Origin: Amoebophrya sp. A120
Taxonomy: Eukaryota > Protista > Dinoflagellata
Direction: 5' to 3'
Assembly (NCBI GenBank): GCA_905178155.1
Contig: CAJINV010000016.1
Span: 558,001-622,000, forward strand
Length of the DNA stretch: 64,000 bases
Positions 37,662 to 49,600 of the stretch are shown here, one piece after another. The notes under the pieces are model-generated. The model searched no databases. It saw only the letters and a list, made by a program, of their open reading frames with translations, and was not told the origin of the DNA. Numbering within the stretch: position 1 is the first letter of the stretch; each line of letters opens with the position of its first letter. The position numbers and the translations under genes are program-made.

Positions 37662-40600
37662 TTACTCAGCTTCGTCAAACATTTTCTTTGCCGCCTTCAG
37701 CCTTTGCTCGGCCGAAGGCCGCAACCACGATATTGCATTCTCAGCGCCCAGGAGGTTATCACTCGGATCATGTGTTTCCACTCCTGTCCTCGGGTGACTT
37801 GTTTCCCGCAACAATGGAACGGACGGGCCAGGCGCTTGTGCCGCATTTTCATTCGTCCGTGGACGAGGCACAAAAACGCCAGGGGCCAAAGGCGACGCAG
37901 CAGGCACCGGCGGGAGTACGAGTGGACCTGCAGCGCGGCCTTGCTCTGGCGCGCCCGGGACTTTTGTCGCATCTGTTCCTGCATGATCTCGACTTTCTTC
38001 ATTATTCCGTGCTTGGCGGTCTCTGGAGGTCCTATTGTTCATATTCATCTTCATCCGCGACCGCGGTCCTTCTTCCGTATGATTCCGACCACGTTCTTGC
38101 CGCCCCCGCTTCTTTCTTCTACTACGATGCCACTCCGCATGCTGCTTTACTACTGCAGGATCACTTCTTAACCGCTTTATCGGCAGCGTCAGCGGTGGCG
38201 CCTTCACACCTTCCTTGTTTTCTCGTGCTCGAACGGTATCTTTCGCTACATTCACAACGTCGACTACATTCGCAAATGCGCACACACCGGTGCTGGAGAA
38301 GCAAACATTACGAGCGCGGTCATCAGCTCTTCTTGACGTCGGAGCAGCAGCAAGTCCTCTACTTGCGTTCTTTTTCTTCTTTCCTTTCTCGAGAGGTAGT
38401 TTGGACAGCAACTTGCTCTGCTGAAGCTTGTAGCCCGAGTCTTCCATGTGCTTCTGCTTGTGCGTTGGGGGAGGCGGTGAAACAATCGCAGGCCCAGCCT
38501 GGAAGCAGGAAATCGGAAATAAAGTGTTCATCTGCAGCGAACCCGGCACAGCAGGCGCTTGTTGCTCATGCGATTTTCGCGCATCTTTGACAACATCAGG
38601 CCGCGTGCAGAGGTTTCTATCTTGAGGCGCGAAACAGGATGCGTCCTGCTCGATGTGGTTCTTTATTCGGTTCAAATACTTTTCCTCCTGTTCCCTTTCG
38701 TCGCTTTTGCCCCTCATCGCATAGTCGAAGGCAAACGTCTGCCGCACCGGCTGACCACTCGGTGAAGTTGTGCTGTCGCGAGGGAGATCATGCTTAGAAG
38801 AGTGCATCGTTGCCAGCTCCACTTCAGAATTACCCAAAACCTCGTCGCCCTTTCTGGTCTTCTGCCAACTTCTTTGTCTTTTCTCCTTTTTATCACTGCT
38901 GTTATTTCCGAAGGCATTGACCCCAAACCTCGGATCAAAAGACGAATCCGTATGGTCTAATATCTCTCCCTCGTTTTTGTTCTCAGACACCAGCAACGCC
39001 GACGTTCTCCTCCCCATTTTTCCGAGTTTCCCCGCGAAAGCTTTTACGAAGTTGCCGAATCTACTTCCCCGTCTCAAATATTTCTTTTCCATTGCTTTCT
39101 CCAGCAAGTTTTCCAAAGACGTGCTGGCGTACTGGTACAACACGGATGCTAATCTTGGTCTAGATTTTGAATTCAACGAAGAAGAAAGACACCGCCCACT
39201 AGAAGTCGGCGGACTTTGATGTTTCTCGTCCAGTGGTTTTCTTTGCGCAGCAGGAGCTCCCGCAGTTGTACTTCTTTTCGATTTCGACGACTCTTCGGTC
39301 TTCGGTGCTCCTTCAGCATTTTCCTTTTCCCGTTGCCGTTGATTCTTCGCAATTTGGTTTTGCACCCACGCTTTCAGAAATTGTTTCACCTCGAGGATTT
39401 TTTCGTCCTTCCACTCAGAGCGAAGAGTCTCCTTTTCTGCATCTGCGTCGTCGTCGTCGTCCTCCTCCTTCACACCGTGGAAATAGTACACGACAAGCAT
39501 GCGGAAGATCCACCAGGACAACAGGCACAGGTAAGCGATTTTGTAGTAGGAAATCCAGAACTCCACGTATCCTGAGTAAAAACGTCCCCACCCCAGAGTT
39601 GTGATGCAGATTTGCAAAGACAGGAAGACTTGTAATGTGCATCCCCATGAGAGCCATTTCCAGTCGTGTTTTGGAATTTGTGATGCTGTGAACAGGATGA
39701 GCAGATGAATCTGTCATGCGGCTGCACTTGCTAACCTGCACTACACTGCAGAGTGCAACTTGTCATGCGTGACTCACAAAACTCCCAGGCTTGTGTTGCA
39801 AAATCCCCATCCTGAGTCTGGTGTGGGTACGTTTTTACTCAGGATACCACGTGGCTTTTCATCATAACGATCAGTTCCAGAAGCGCTTCCATATAGCGGA
39901 TGAAACTGCGGCAGAACATCCGCACATCGGGGTTGGAGCGGAAATGCAGCTCCACGGCCTGCTCTCCCGTGTAGTACCGGGCGGATTTGTGCCCATACGC
40001 GAGGTTGTTGGTCGTCACGTAATGTTTGCTGTGCTTGTTTTTTCTCCGGGCGGCACGGGTTCTACTGCTGGAGGACTTAGCACTTCGGCTTGATGCAGGT
40101 CTTCTATTAACCGAGGAAGCTGTTGCGAGCTTTGTGGCTGTTGTTGTTCCTGCCCTCGTCCCCATTGTGCTGGAACTGGTACCGATCGGAGCTTGTTGTC
40201 CTGTGTTTGCTGCAGCGCCGCCGCTGAGATTCGAGGCTCTTGACCCGCTTTGATGTTGACGTTCTGCTGCTGTGCTTTCGTTGTAATCAGCATCGTCGAT
40301 TAGACCACCACTGCGGAGGGCTTGTGGGGACGCACTTGCTGCAGCCGCTGATTGTTCCACCCCAGATGGTTGCTGCGGAGGCTCGTCTTGGGCAGCTGCT
40401 GCGCCAGAAATTGGAGGGCCTTCTTGCGCAAGAACAGGCCCTATTCCACCTTGCTCGCCGGAATGTCGTGGAGCTGCCCGTCGCTTTTCGCTTTGTTCAC
40501 TCGAGGTCTTACTAGTGTATCCTGTGCCAAAGTATCGTACTCGTACTGATCGATTGCAGCCATGCATAACAAAGGACGTGCTTCGATATCTGATTCTAAA

Positions 40601-43600
40601 CGACAAGCTCTGAAAAATATGTAAACGTGAAGCAACCACTACGTAGTACGATAGGACATACAACTTTTGCAACGCATATACTGGATCTAGCAGCGATCGG
40701 AAGTCGAGTAGGGGACGACACCCTAGTACTCCGTGAGGTGCTAGATCGGGTCGTGGCTTGAAGTGCTGGACTATCTCTGCTATCAGCTTTCTTCACTGCT
40801 GCCTGCTGCTCCCCACTGTCGCTGTCACCCGAAAGAGTCGACAATGTCGCACCGGAAGCGGATTCCGGCATATTGCTCCCCGACCCGCCACTCCTACTGG
40901 TCGTTGAGCGGCTGCGACTCCCGTCGAAATCGCGCCGAGAACCTTTTTCGTTGTTTTGCTACTCGTGCATTCTATGCTGAGAAGGATTTGCATAAGTACT
41001 AGCAACAGAAATCTAACTCCACTAGCTTAGACGCGCAAGACAAATCTTCCTTCCAATAGCAAATACCGCGCTTCGACGGAATCGAAATCGGCGCAGGCCG
41101 CTTTGCGTCTAACGGAGACGCCCCGTCCGCCACTAGGTGACGCTTTGTTGATGTTTCTCCTGGTGCAGTACGATCTGCTACTTCTTCAGCGTCGCCGGCC
41201 ATCGCGGAAAATCGTGGATCAGGTGCACCATCAACCTGTATTTCGCTCCTATCCTGCTCTAGTTCGCCGTCTCTACCAGCACGACCAGCAGCTGCGTCTA
41301 CTGCCGTAGTGAAGCCCTCTTGCCGGTTTACCCTCGCCCGCTCCCTCGCAGTAGTGCTAGGTGCGGTGCTGGGACGGAGCATCCAACTCTCGTCTTTTGG
41401 TGAGGAATCCGACTCTTCGCTGCTACTACTGGACGATTCGGTCGACGAAGGCATGCCGGCGACGTCTGGGTTGAGATTGTTTCTCACGGTGGCAGCGGCG
41501 ATCGTGGTCGCAGCAGCAGCAGCAGCAGCGGATTTTTTAGCAGCCGCGGCTGTGGTCGCCATTGCAACAGCAGGAGCTGCTTTTGACGTTAAAACAGTTC
41601 TACTCCCTGTAGTTGCACTACTTCCGATAGCACCACTGCCCCAGTTGGTATTACTACTAAAAGAACCAGCCACGCCAGCGTGACCAGCACCGATCAGCGT
41701 CGCGGTGGAACCTACTTGCTGCCGCACAATGCTCTGAGAAGAGGTACCAACAGTTGCAGACGTTTTCACCTTACTCAAACTGGAGATCGGCACGGTTGAC
41801 CTACTTAGGCGGCTACTGATTGTAGTAGGTCCCCCACCGGGCATAATTTTTGTTGTTGAAAAGCGCCGGCTGTTCCAAGTCAATTCTTCCATAGGATCAT
41901 CCTCGAACACACTCGCCTGGTCGTCCACAAAGGGCTCCGCGATAAAAACCGACTGGTAACGCACTTGCCGGTAATCCAAAGCTGGTTGTTCTCTGCGGAT
42001 TCTAGTCGGAGGTTTCTTTGCTGGGAAAGATGAAGCGCCACCGTTTGGTTGATCCCCACCAGTACTCGTGGTCGAGGCCCGACTTGTCAAGGATTGCGAT
42101 TTTCCAAATGGCGGAGGTCCTCCGGCGCCACTATTCATCTCTCCAAATATTTCATCGCCCTTTTTCTCTATTAACGGAGAATGGTGAATTGTTACCGGTC
42201 GCCGCTGCTTTCGGTTTGCAGCAGGGAGACTCAAACTGCTAGTGGAAGCTAGCCCTGCTCCTTCTGGACTGTCGTCATCCGCTGCAGCGTATCGTAAGGA
42301 AATATCCCCCCTCCCCATATTGAAAACGCATTCGTCTGAAAATTTGTGATGCAGATTTGAGGTCACAAATCCTGTCTGTCTTGCAAGAAGGCAAAGCCAG
42401 AGAGTCCGCCGCATTATGCCGGCGGCTTGTGATGCTGTTGGGCTTACAGAGCCGACATCTGTCACGCTAGTCCCGTACGTCAAAACCTCTCGACCCAGGC
42501 TTAGCATATGCCTGCAGTCCTCTCCAGCAAGACAGACTTGATTTGTGTACGCAAATCCAGCATCAGAAACTTCGTTTCGATATGGGGAGGGGGGACTTTT
42601 CCTTTTGATACAGCGGAAGAAGAGAAATCGTTTGAGTTGTAGGAAGTCTTGCTGTCATTCCTTGTATACACAGCCCCCTCGGAAATGTAGTGATGCACGC
42701 TCCGATGCCCGCCGACCGATACGACCCTCGGCATCGCCCTGGGCCCGACGCCAAAGGACGTCTTCATCGCGGACCTTTGCTGATGCAACAAGGAGTCCGA
42801 CCCGAGCCCGCCGAAGGAGACCGTCCTCTTCGTGATTCCAGGGTGAAAAGAGGCAGAACGGGAGAATTTTTTCGGCTGCCGATGGACCAATTCCAGGACT
42901 TCCTCCGGCTGGCTTGATCTCTTCGGCGTGATGCGGTCATAGGGCGTGGCGTCCGCAGCAGAATTCAAAGCGTCGTCATCTAGCGGCGGGGGCGACGGGC
43001 TGGTTTTGGGCTTAGTAGTTGCACTTCCTCGCAGGGGCTCAGCTTGCGCTTGCAATTCTTCGATTCCGGATTTTTTCGACACATCTTCTTCCTCATTGTC
43101 CTGATTTGTTTCACTTTCCAAGTTTAATGCGCTCGATCCCACTTTGGCTTTTGGTGCAGCAGAAAAGGTCTGCCCTGGAGGATCGTTGTGCACCGGAGGA
43201 GCCGCCAGCATGCTCTGCACGGACCCAGAAAAACGATTGACGACTACATTGCCCTTTCCCCGGACTCTCGCATGATCCCCCACCGGGCGCTGCCGCCACG
43301 GCTGGGCAACCGGCGGAGCATGCAAGGCGACGGAAGGGCTTTTGGGTTGCGAGGACTGGAAAGACGAGGACGTACGATCGTAATCATCTCCGCCTGCGGA
43401 CGACGATAGCGAGTTGAAGGACGGAAAGTCTCGAGCAGTGCCTTCACCTCGTATAAACCCCTGCAAAAGTATTCTTGCGCTCGTAGTTTAATTGCAATCA
43501 TGCATGACAAACGTGGTTTTCTACCTCAACCTGCATGAGAAGTTTCATTTTTCCTTCAGCAAAAATCATTTCTGATGCAAAAATTCCTACTTCTAGTGAA

Positions 43601-46600
43601 AAACTTTTGCAATGCATACCTCGCACCGGAAGTCTGATACTGGTCGGCGTCGACGCAGATTTTGGCCCGCCGAGCCGGCCGGCTAAACGAGACAGGTTGG
43701 CAGGCTCGGACTGCGCTAGAAGCGGGTTCGGGATCGCGCTTCGGCTTCGCAGAGCGTCTACTTGTCCTGTACTTTGCGGTAGTTGTACCAAGCCCGCCCC
43801 TGAATGCCGCGCAGATTCAGAAATGAAGTCAGGTGGCACTGACGATGATCTCGCTGTTGCTGATCCACCTACTACGCCACTGCCAAGCCCTCCACTTGAT
43901 CTCTGTACCTCTCCCTCCGGGCTGCTTTCCGGCGAGGCAACATTCCCAGTACCCAATTCGTACGCCAAATCTGGACTATTATCATCATCACCGAAGGGGT
44001 CCTCGCCGTTGCCTTCCCGAACGGGCGAAAGTTGCGGATCTCTAGTAGAAGTTGTATCTGCGTCATGAATATTCGCCGCTGCTGCTGCACCCGCCGTTGG
44101 GGCCGTTGGTCCCATACTTGTTCCGAAAGACCCGTCCTCTGTCGAGCCCGAGGGGAAAGCGCGAGTAAGCCCAGCACTTATTGCTCCACCACCACCACCA
44201 CCCAGCGGGTCAGAAGCCGCCCGGGCCCACAGTGCCGAGACCGCGGGTAGATCATCATTACTGGTCCCGCTTGGCACCCCGGTTGCAATCAGTTCATCGG
44301 ACACCGGGCGGGGGAAGGGGTTCGTTTTCGTGCCTGGAGTAGAGAAATGCGCGGGTCTCGTCATCTGCGACGCAGTTGTACTAGGACTAGCCGGTTGTCT
44401 GATCATATACGACGAGGCTGTTGCTGCTGCTGCTGCTGCTGGTCCTGCTGCTATCCCTTCTCGACGTCCACCATCTTCCGTCGGCGGCGAAGCACTGTCG
44501 GACAAAGGCGTTTGAATCACCTGCACGTCCTGATTCGCGGTCTGCTCTTGTAGCTGTTGAAATGCGGAAACCGAGAGTGTCGGAGGAGAACTAGCGCGTG
44601 GCCTTCTCACGCGCGCTGCTGTCATCGGAGACAGTAAATCCTCGCTTCGCTTCTGTTTCGCGATAGAGTTACTGGAGTGTCTCTCTTCGTCGTCACTCTG
44701 CGTGGATCCGGACTTTCTCTCGGGCTTGTCCTCAACATCGTTTAGAAGTTGTTGCTCAAGCTCACCGCCGTCAGTGATACCGCCGTCAGTAACAGCACCC
44801 GCCTCCGCCGGCAACCCGAGCAGCCCCCCGCGAACAGAGGTAGTTGTACTAGAGTGGTTTCGTCCACCTGCAGCACTACTACCTCCGCCACCTGCCCCGC
44901 CCGCTGGGCTGGACACAAACTTCGCCCGGTCTTTGAACGGCGACCGCCTTTTCAACATCGTGGGCGATCGGGCGATCGGCGTGCGCGTGATGATCTCCGT
45001 GCTCGACCTTGTGAGATGATGCTGGTGGTACTGACTGATTTCTTTTTCCCCGCCGCTAGACGCGGTGTTCCTGTCATGATTGCTGTGCCTGGTCGTCGCA
45101 GCTCCAGACATTACCCCACTGGCCCCATAATTGTGGGTCAAGTGCCCAAAACCACCTCTGTGGTCTGTCCGCCCCCGATACTTGTTGCGCCGACGTCGAT
45201 CCAAGTACTGCTCCTTGAGTAAGCAGACGGCCTTGTCTTGAAAGAGATCGAACCCCGTGCGCGGGTCAGACCACCGGTGCTCGATGAGGAGTAGGTCTAG
45301 CGAATCCAACGCGTCAGACAGTTGTCGCATCATCTTCCTGGCCTCGTTGTTGTTCGCATATTCAAATTCCACGGTGACCGCGACTTGGCGAAAAAGGAAA
45401 TAAGATTTTTTGTTTGCCGGGACAGAAGTATTGGCATTGGAGGTATTTTCATCGGCAGCAGTTGTAGATGTACCAACACGGGGCTGCTTCTGCTCCTTTT
45501 CGCGAAGATCCTGCTGCTGCGTGGAATCACCATTGATGTTACCAGCTGCACCACGGCTAGTTCTACTCGCATTGTTTGTGGGAGTCGCCGGCGCTTCTGG
45601 CGCTTCTTTGCTACCATTTCCGCCTGCTTTTGCCTTGCTCAGCCTTTGCTTCCTCTCCACAGCCTCTGCGGCAGTACTAGAACTGGACCCTGTTGAAGAA
45701 GCCGTGTTGCTCATACCACTAGAAGAGGACCCATCACTAGCGCCTGCCCCGCCGGGAAGGAACATGGCCCGCAGCAAATACGTCGTCATGTCCGTGCCTT
45801 TCGGGATTCCGCCGGAACTCAGCGCCGATCCGGTCAGAAAGGACTGCATGCTGGAAATTGCAACGGACAAGACACTGTCTGCACTGGCGGTAGACATCCG
45901 CATACTGAATCCCCCCGCCGAGTCTGCGGAGATCCCCCTCGCCCACGCGACGTCGCCCGCTTTCGGATGTTGAAACGGGGGCTGCACCAAAGGAAAGGTT
46001 GGCAGCGCATTGTACGGCGGTAAAACACTGTCCAGAAAATTCGTCAAGTTTTCCTCCTCCTTCTTTCTTTCACTGGAAGCGACTAGGTAGTCGACAAGTG
46101 CATTTGGGAACTCGTGGAATCCACGATCTGGTTTGGCTGCTTTATTGCTGTTGTTTAGCGACTTGTTGTCGATAGGGCTTTCCTTGCCAACATTGCCACT
46201 ATTTGTTCCTCCACCTCCTGGAGGGGATCCTCCACCTCCATGCCCCCCTGCGCCGGTAACAGCTCCCGACAGATTTGGACTATTGTAATTGTTCACCCCT
46301 CCAACAAAAGTCGTACTCCCGCCACTCCCTTGTGTGTCAAAAGTCCTCACAGTTGAAGAGCTTTGCGTCAAATCGTTCCCCGTCCTCGCACCACCCAAAA
46401 CACTAGTACCTGCCAACCCGGAGGAAATCGACATTGACAAAGCTGCTTCCCCGATCAACGAGGGGTTGTAGGCGTGGGTGTGCTATGCATTGCAAATAGG
46501 TCTGGGTCTGGAAGAATGCAAGGCAGTCATGCTTGTCTGGTACGACTGAAGGATCTGTGATGCGTGTCCAAGAAGAGAACCCGTTGCTTGTCATGCAAAA

Positions 46601-49600
46601 ACGCAGCTGTCATGCGGAAAGCGCAACACTAAGCCACGCAAATATTTCTCGTCATGCTTGGCTGTGCATTACAGAGCATTTACCATTCACAACTCAGCAT
46701 CACAAGTTTCCAGACCCAGACATATTCGCAATCCATATGTGCAGCCGGTGATGGACACTTTTTCCCGTCCTTGCCGCTTCCCTCCGCGCTGCCTCCCGCT
46801 GCTCTAACTTTTCCAACTCCTGAATGCGTTCCCGCATGGCGACATCTTCCAGTAAAGAGTTCGCCGCGCGGCGAATCCACCTCACGCCCATGAGTCTGTT
46901 GCGCAGGTCCGCGGTTTGCTGGTTTAGTTTCTGATAATCTTTCACGTAGTTGAAAAAGTTTTTCCCTGCTCCGGTCTGCTTCTCCGCGGGACAGTAACCC
47001 GGCATTAAATCCTGCCGGTCGGGAACGTCTTCGTCAATGTAGTGCGGTTTGTTAGCCAAGTTCTCAACAAACGGGTTCGGTACGTAGTCTTTTTTATTTT
47101 TTCCAAAGATCGCACTCGCCCGACAAGACCCTTGCCCGACCAGCACCTGACCGCGCGAAATGCTGGATGGCGTGATGATCGACAAGCCGGGACTTTTTCG
47201 CCGGTCGCGAAGACTAGTACTAGTACCTCCACCTCCTCCGGTGGAAAACGACCGTGGACTGGTTGCTCCGCCTCCGTAGCTCCTACCCCCGCCGCGGGGG
47301 GATGTTGACAATGCCCCCTCGTGCCCGAAAAACTTCATCATGGCTGCGTTGGCCTTTGCTTTCGCAGTCCCCGCTGCGTCTGCTTTTGGCGTTGTCTGTG
47401 GCGTCGCCAGCTGCAGGGGTCTTCCGCCAATCCCCCGTCGCTCGCGGAGGGAGAGGCCAACGCCTGTTGGCGTTCCGCCAGATTGTACTACACCTCCGGG
47501 GGCTTTGGCCTTCGCAGGGATGAAAGTCGGCGGCAGCATGGCAGACTGAGGATTGGCCGCGGTGCCTGTCGACTGCTGGTGTGCCGCTTCAGGAAGAAGT
47601 GCAGCTACACCAGGTATTTCTCCGGCTGCAGCCCCTGCTTTCCCTTTCGCTGCTGCTTTCGCCGCGATCGTCGAGAGAATCGCTGAGGCTGCCTTTGCAA
47701 CCGCTGGAGGCGGGACTGGAACTCGTGCTGCATCACCCCCGGCCGACTCTGAGAACTGCACCGCTTTGATGCCACCAGGCAACGGCCTCGGTTGATCGTC
47801 ATCTGTACCCGACAGCGGTGGATCTTGCAGCCGTAAAGCGCTCGGCCTCGACGCTCCTTCCTGTTCATGTGCGGCGCCAGCAAGTGGCGTAGTGCCCGCT
47901 TTATTCAGATCGTCCCAACTCAACGCCAAACCTTCTTTTCTCGCCCCCTTCTCCTTTTTCAAACCACCCGCACCACGAACGTCCTTCGGAGAATCGACCT
48001 TCGATTTTCCAGCAGTCTTTGCCGCAGATGTGGTTCCTGGAACAGCAGCGGCAGCCGGAGTAGGCTTGGCTGCTGATGCTGTCCGAGCAGCACTCCCAGC
48101 GGCCTTCGCTTTATTTCTAACGACCTGCGAAGTAGAAACGAATCGGTTTGACGAGACACCAGCCCCAACTCCATCTTTGTTTCGACTTTCCGCGGAAAGC
48201 CTGCTTTCCTCAGTGTCTCTGACTTTATGCGGCAATGCACTGGTGCCGCGCGTCAGCCGTTCGCCGTCGTCGAGGGGGTTTCTCCGATTTTTGGACTCCT
48301 TGTCTAAATTGCTAAACCGCCAGAAGCGTTGCAGTAGCTTCTCGAGAAAAATTTGGCTCTTCGGGGACAAATCGATGTCCTGTTTGATGGAAGGTTCGAA
48401 ATGGGCCCCGGCTAGGCCACCCGGATTCCTATTTTTCTTGTCCAGCACGGCATCACTCGGGTTCACAATGGTACTGCTTGTCAGCGGCGTCGTTTCGCGA
48501 ACAAGCTCCGGGGTTGCGGGTCGGGTTGGCGGGCCGGAAGTTCCTCCAGTAGACGAACCGAGGTCAGGGGAATCGGGACCTGTTTCTGGTGTCGCACGAG
48601 CAGCAGCAGCTCCGGTGGTTGCGCTCGCCTCTGTTCGAATTCCTGCTTCACCAGTTCCGGCAACTGCCGGAACCATATCACGACCCGCTCTCGGGGTCTG
48701 CTCCGGTGAGGTCTCGCCACCGACCGGTTCGTGTACAGGGGCAGAAGATTGCGCAGGTTTTGCGGTTGGCGCGGCACCTGATCCGGCATTTCCCCCGGGC
48801 GGCCCTCTTTCCCCCGCAGAACTTCCCCCGCCGCTCTGATCCCTACTAGCTGCAGAATTTTCCTTCGGTCCCTTTTTCGCTGGTATCTGCGGACTCCCTG
48901 GTCCAGCACTCCCCCCGGTATCTGCGGGGGAGTTGCGGCCACTGGCAGAATATGTTGTGCTCACACCACCTCCGCCGGACCGGCGCTTTTTCACTTTCTC
49001 CAGCTCCTCCTTCAGCTGTTCCTCGGATGATACACTGTGTTTGCACACTAACGGGTACACTTTTTTTTCCTCTTCGTGCTTGTACCTGTGACTGTGATGA
49101 TGTCGAGAAGCAGTAGAACCATGCTGGCCACCATGGTGCCCCCCGTGGCCGCCAGCACCGGCCGCAGAACCATTACTTCTGTGCCCGTGAACATGGGGAA
49201 GATGCTGATGAAACACCCCAAACTTAGTATCTTTTCTACTCGGCTTCTTGTTCTCATCCAATTTCTCAAAGGATTCAATCGGCTGCCCGAATAGTGAGAA
49301 TCTCTCCTGAATGATCGCCAAGTGCTTTTCGTGCCGCTCCTTCATCAGCTGTAGTTCGTCGATATCCTCCTTTGCCTCCAAGACCGCAACCGGGACGGTC
49401 TCCGATTTTCTCCATTTTTCCTTTTTCTTCTTGGATTCGTAGGAACTAGTACTTCTGTACTCCTGCGACTCAGATCTAGACCCCGTAGTCCCGCCGCGCG
49501 TCTGTGCTCGAGTATCACCACCTGTGCTGCCCGTAGCCTGTCCCTTGGTTTCCGCAGTGGTGGTCCCAGCAGCCGTCTCACCCCCATTAGCAAACCTCGC

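Noticed and set aside
8675-48839. Long plus-strand ORFs (8675-9553, 14529-15500, 37463-38590, 47892-48839 and others)
   Set aside because: They are antisense shadows of GC-rich low-complexity minus-strand exons and show no independent coding signature.
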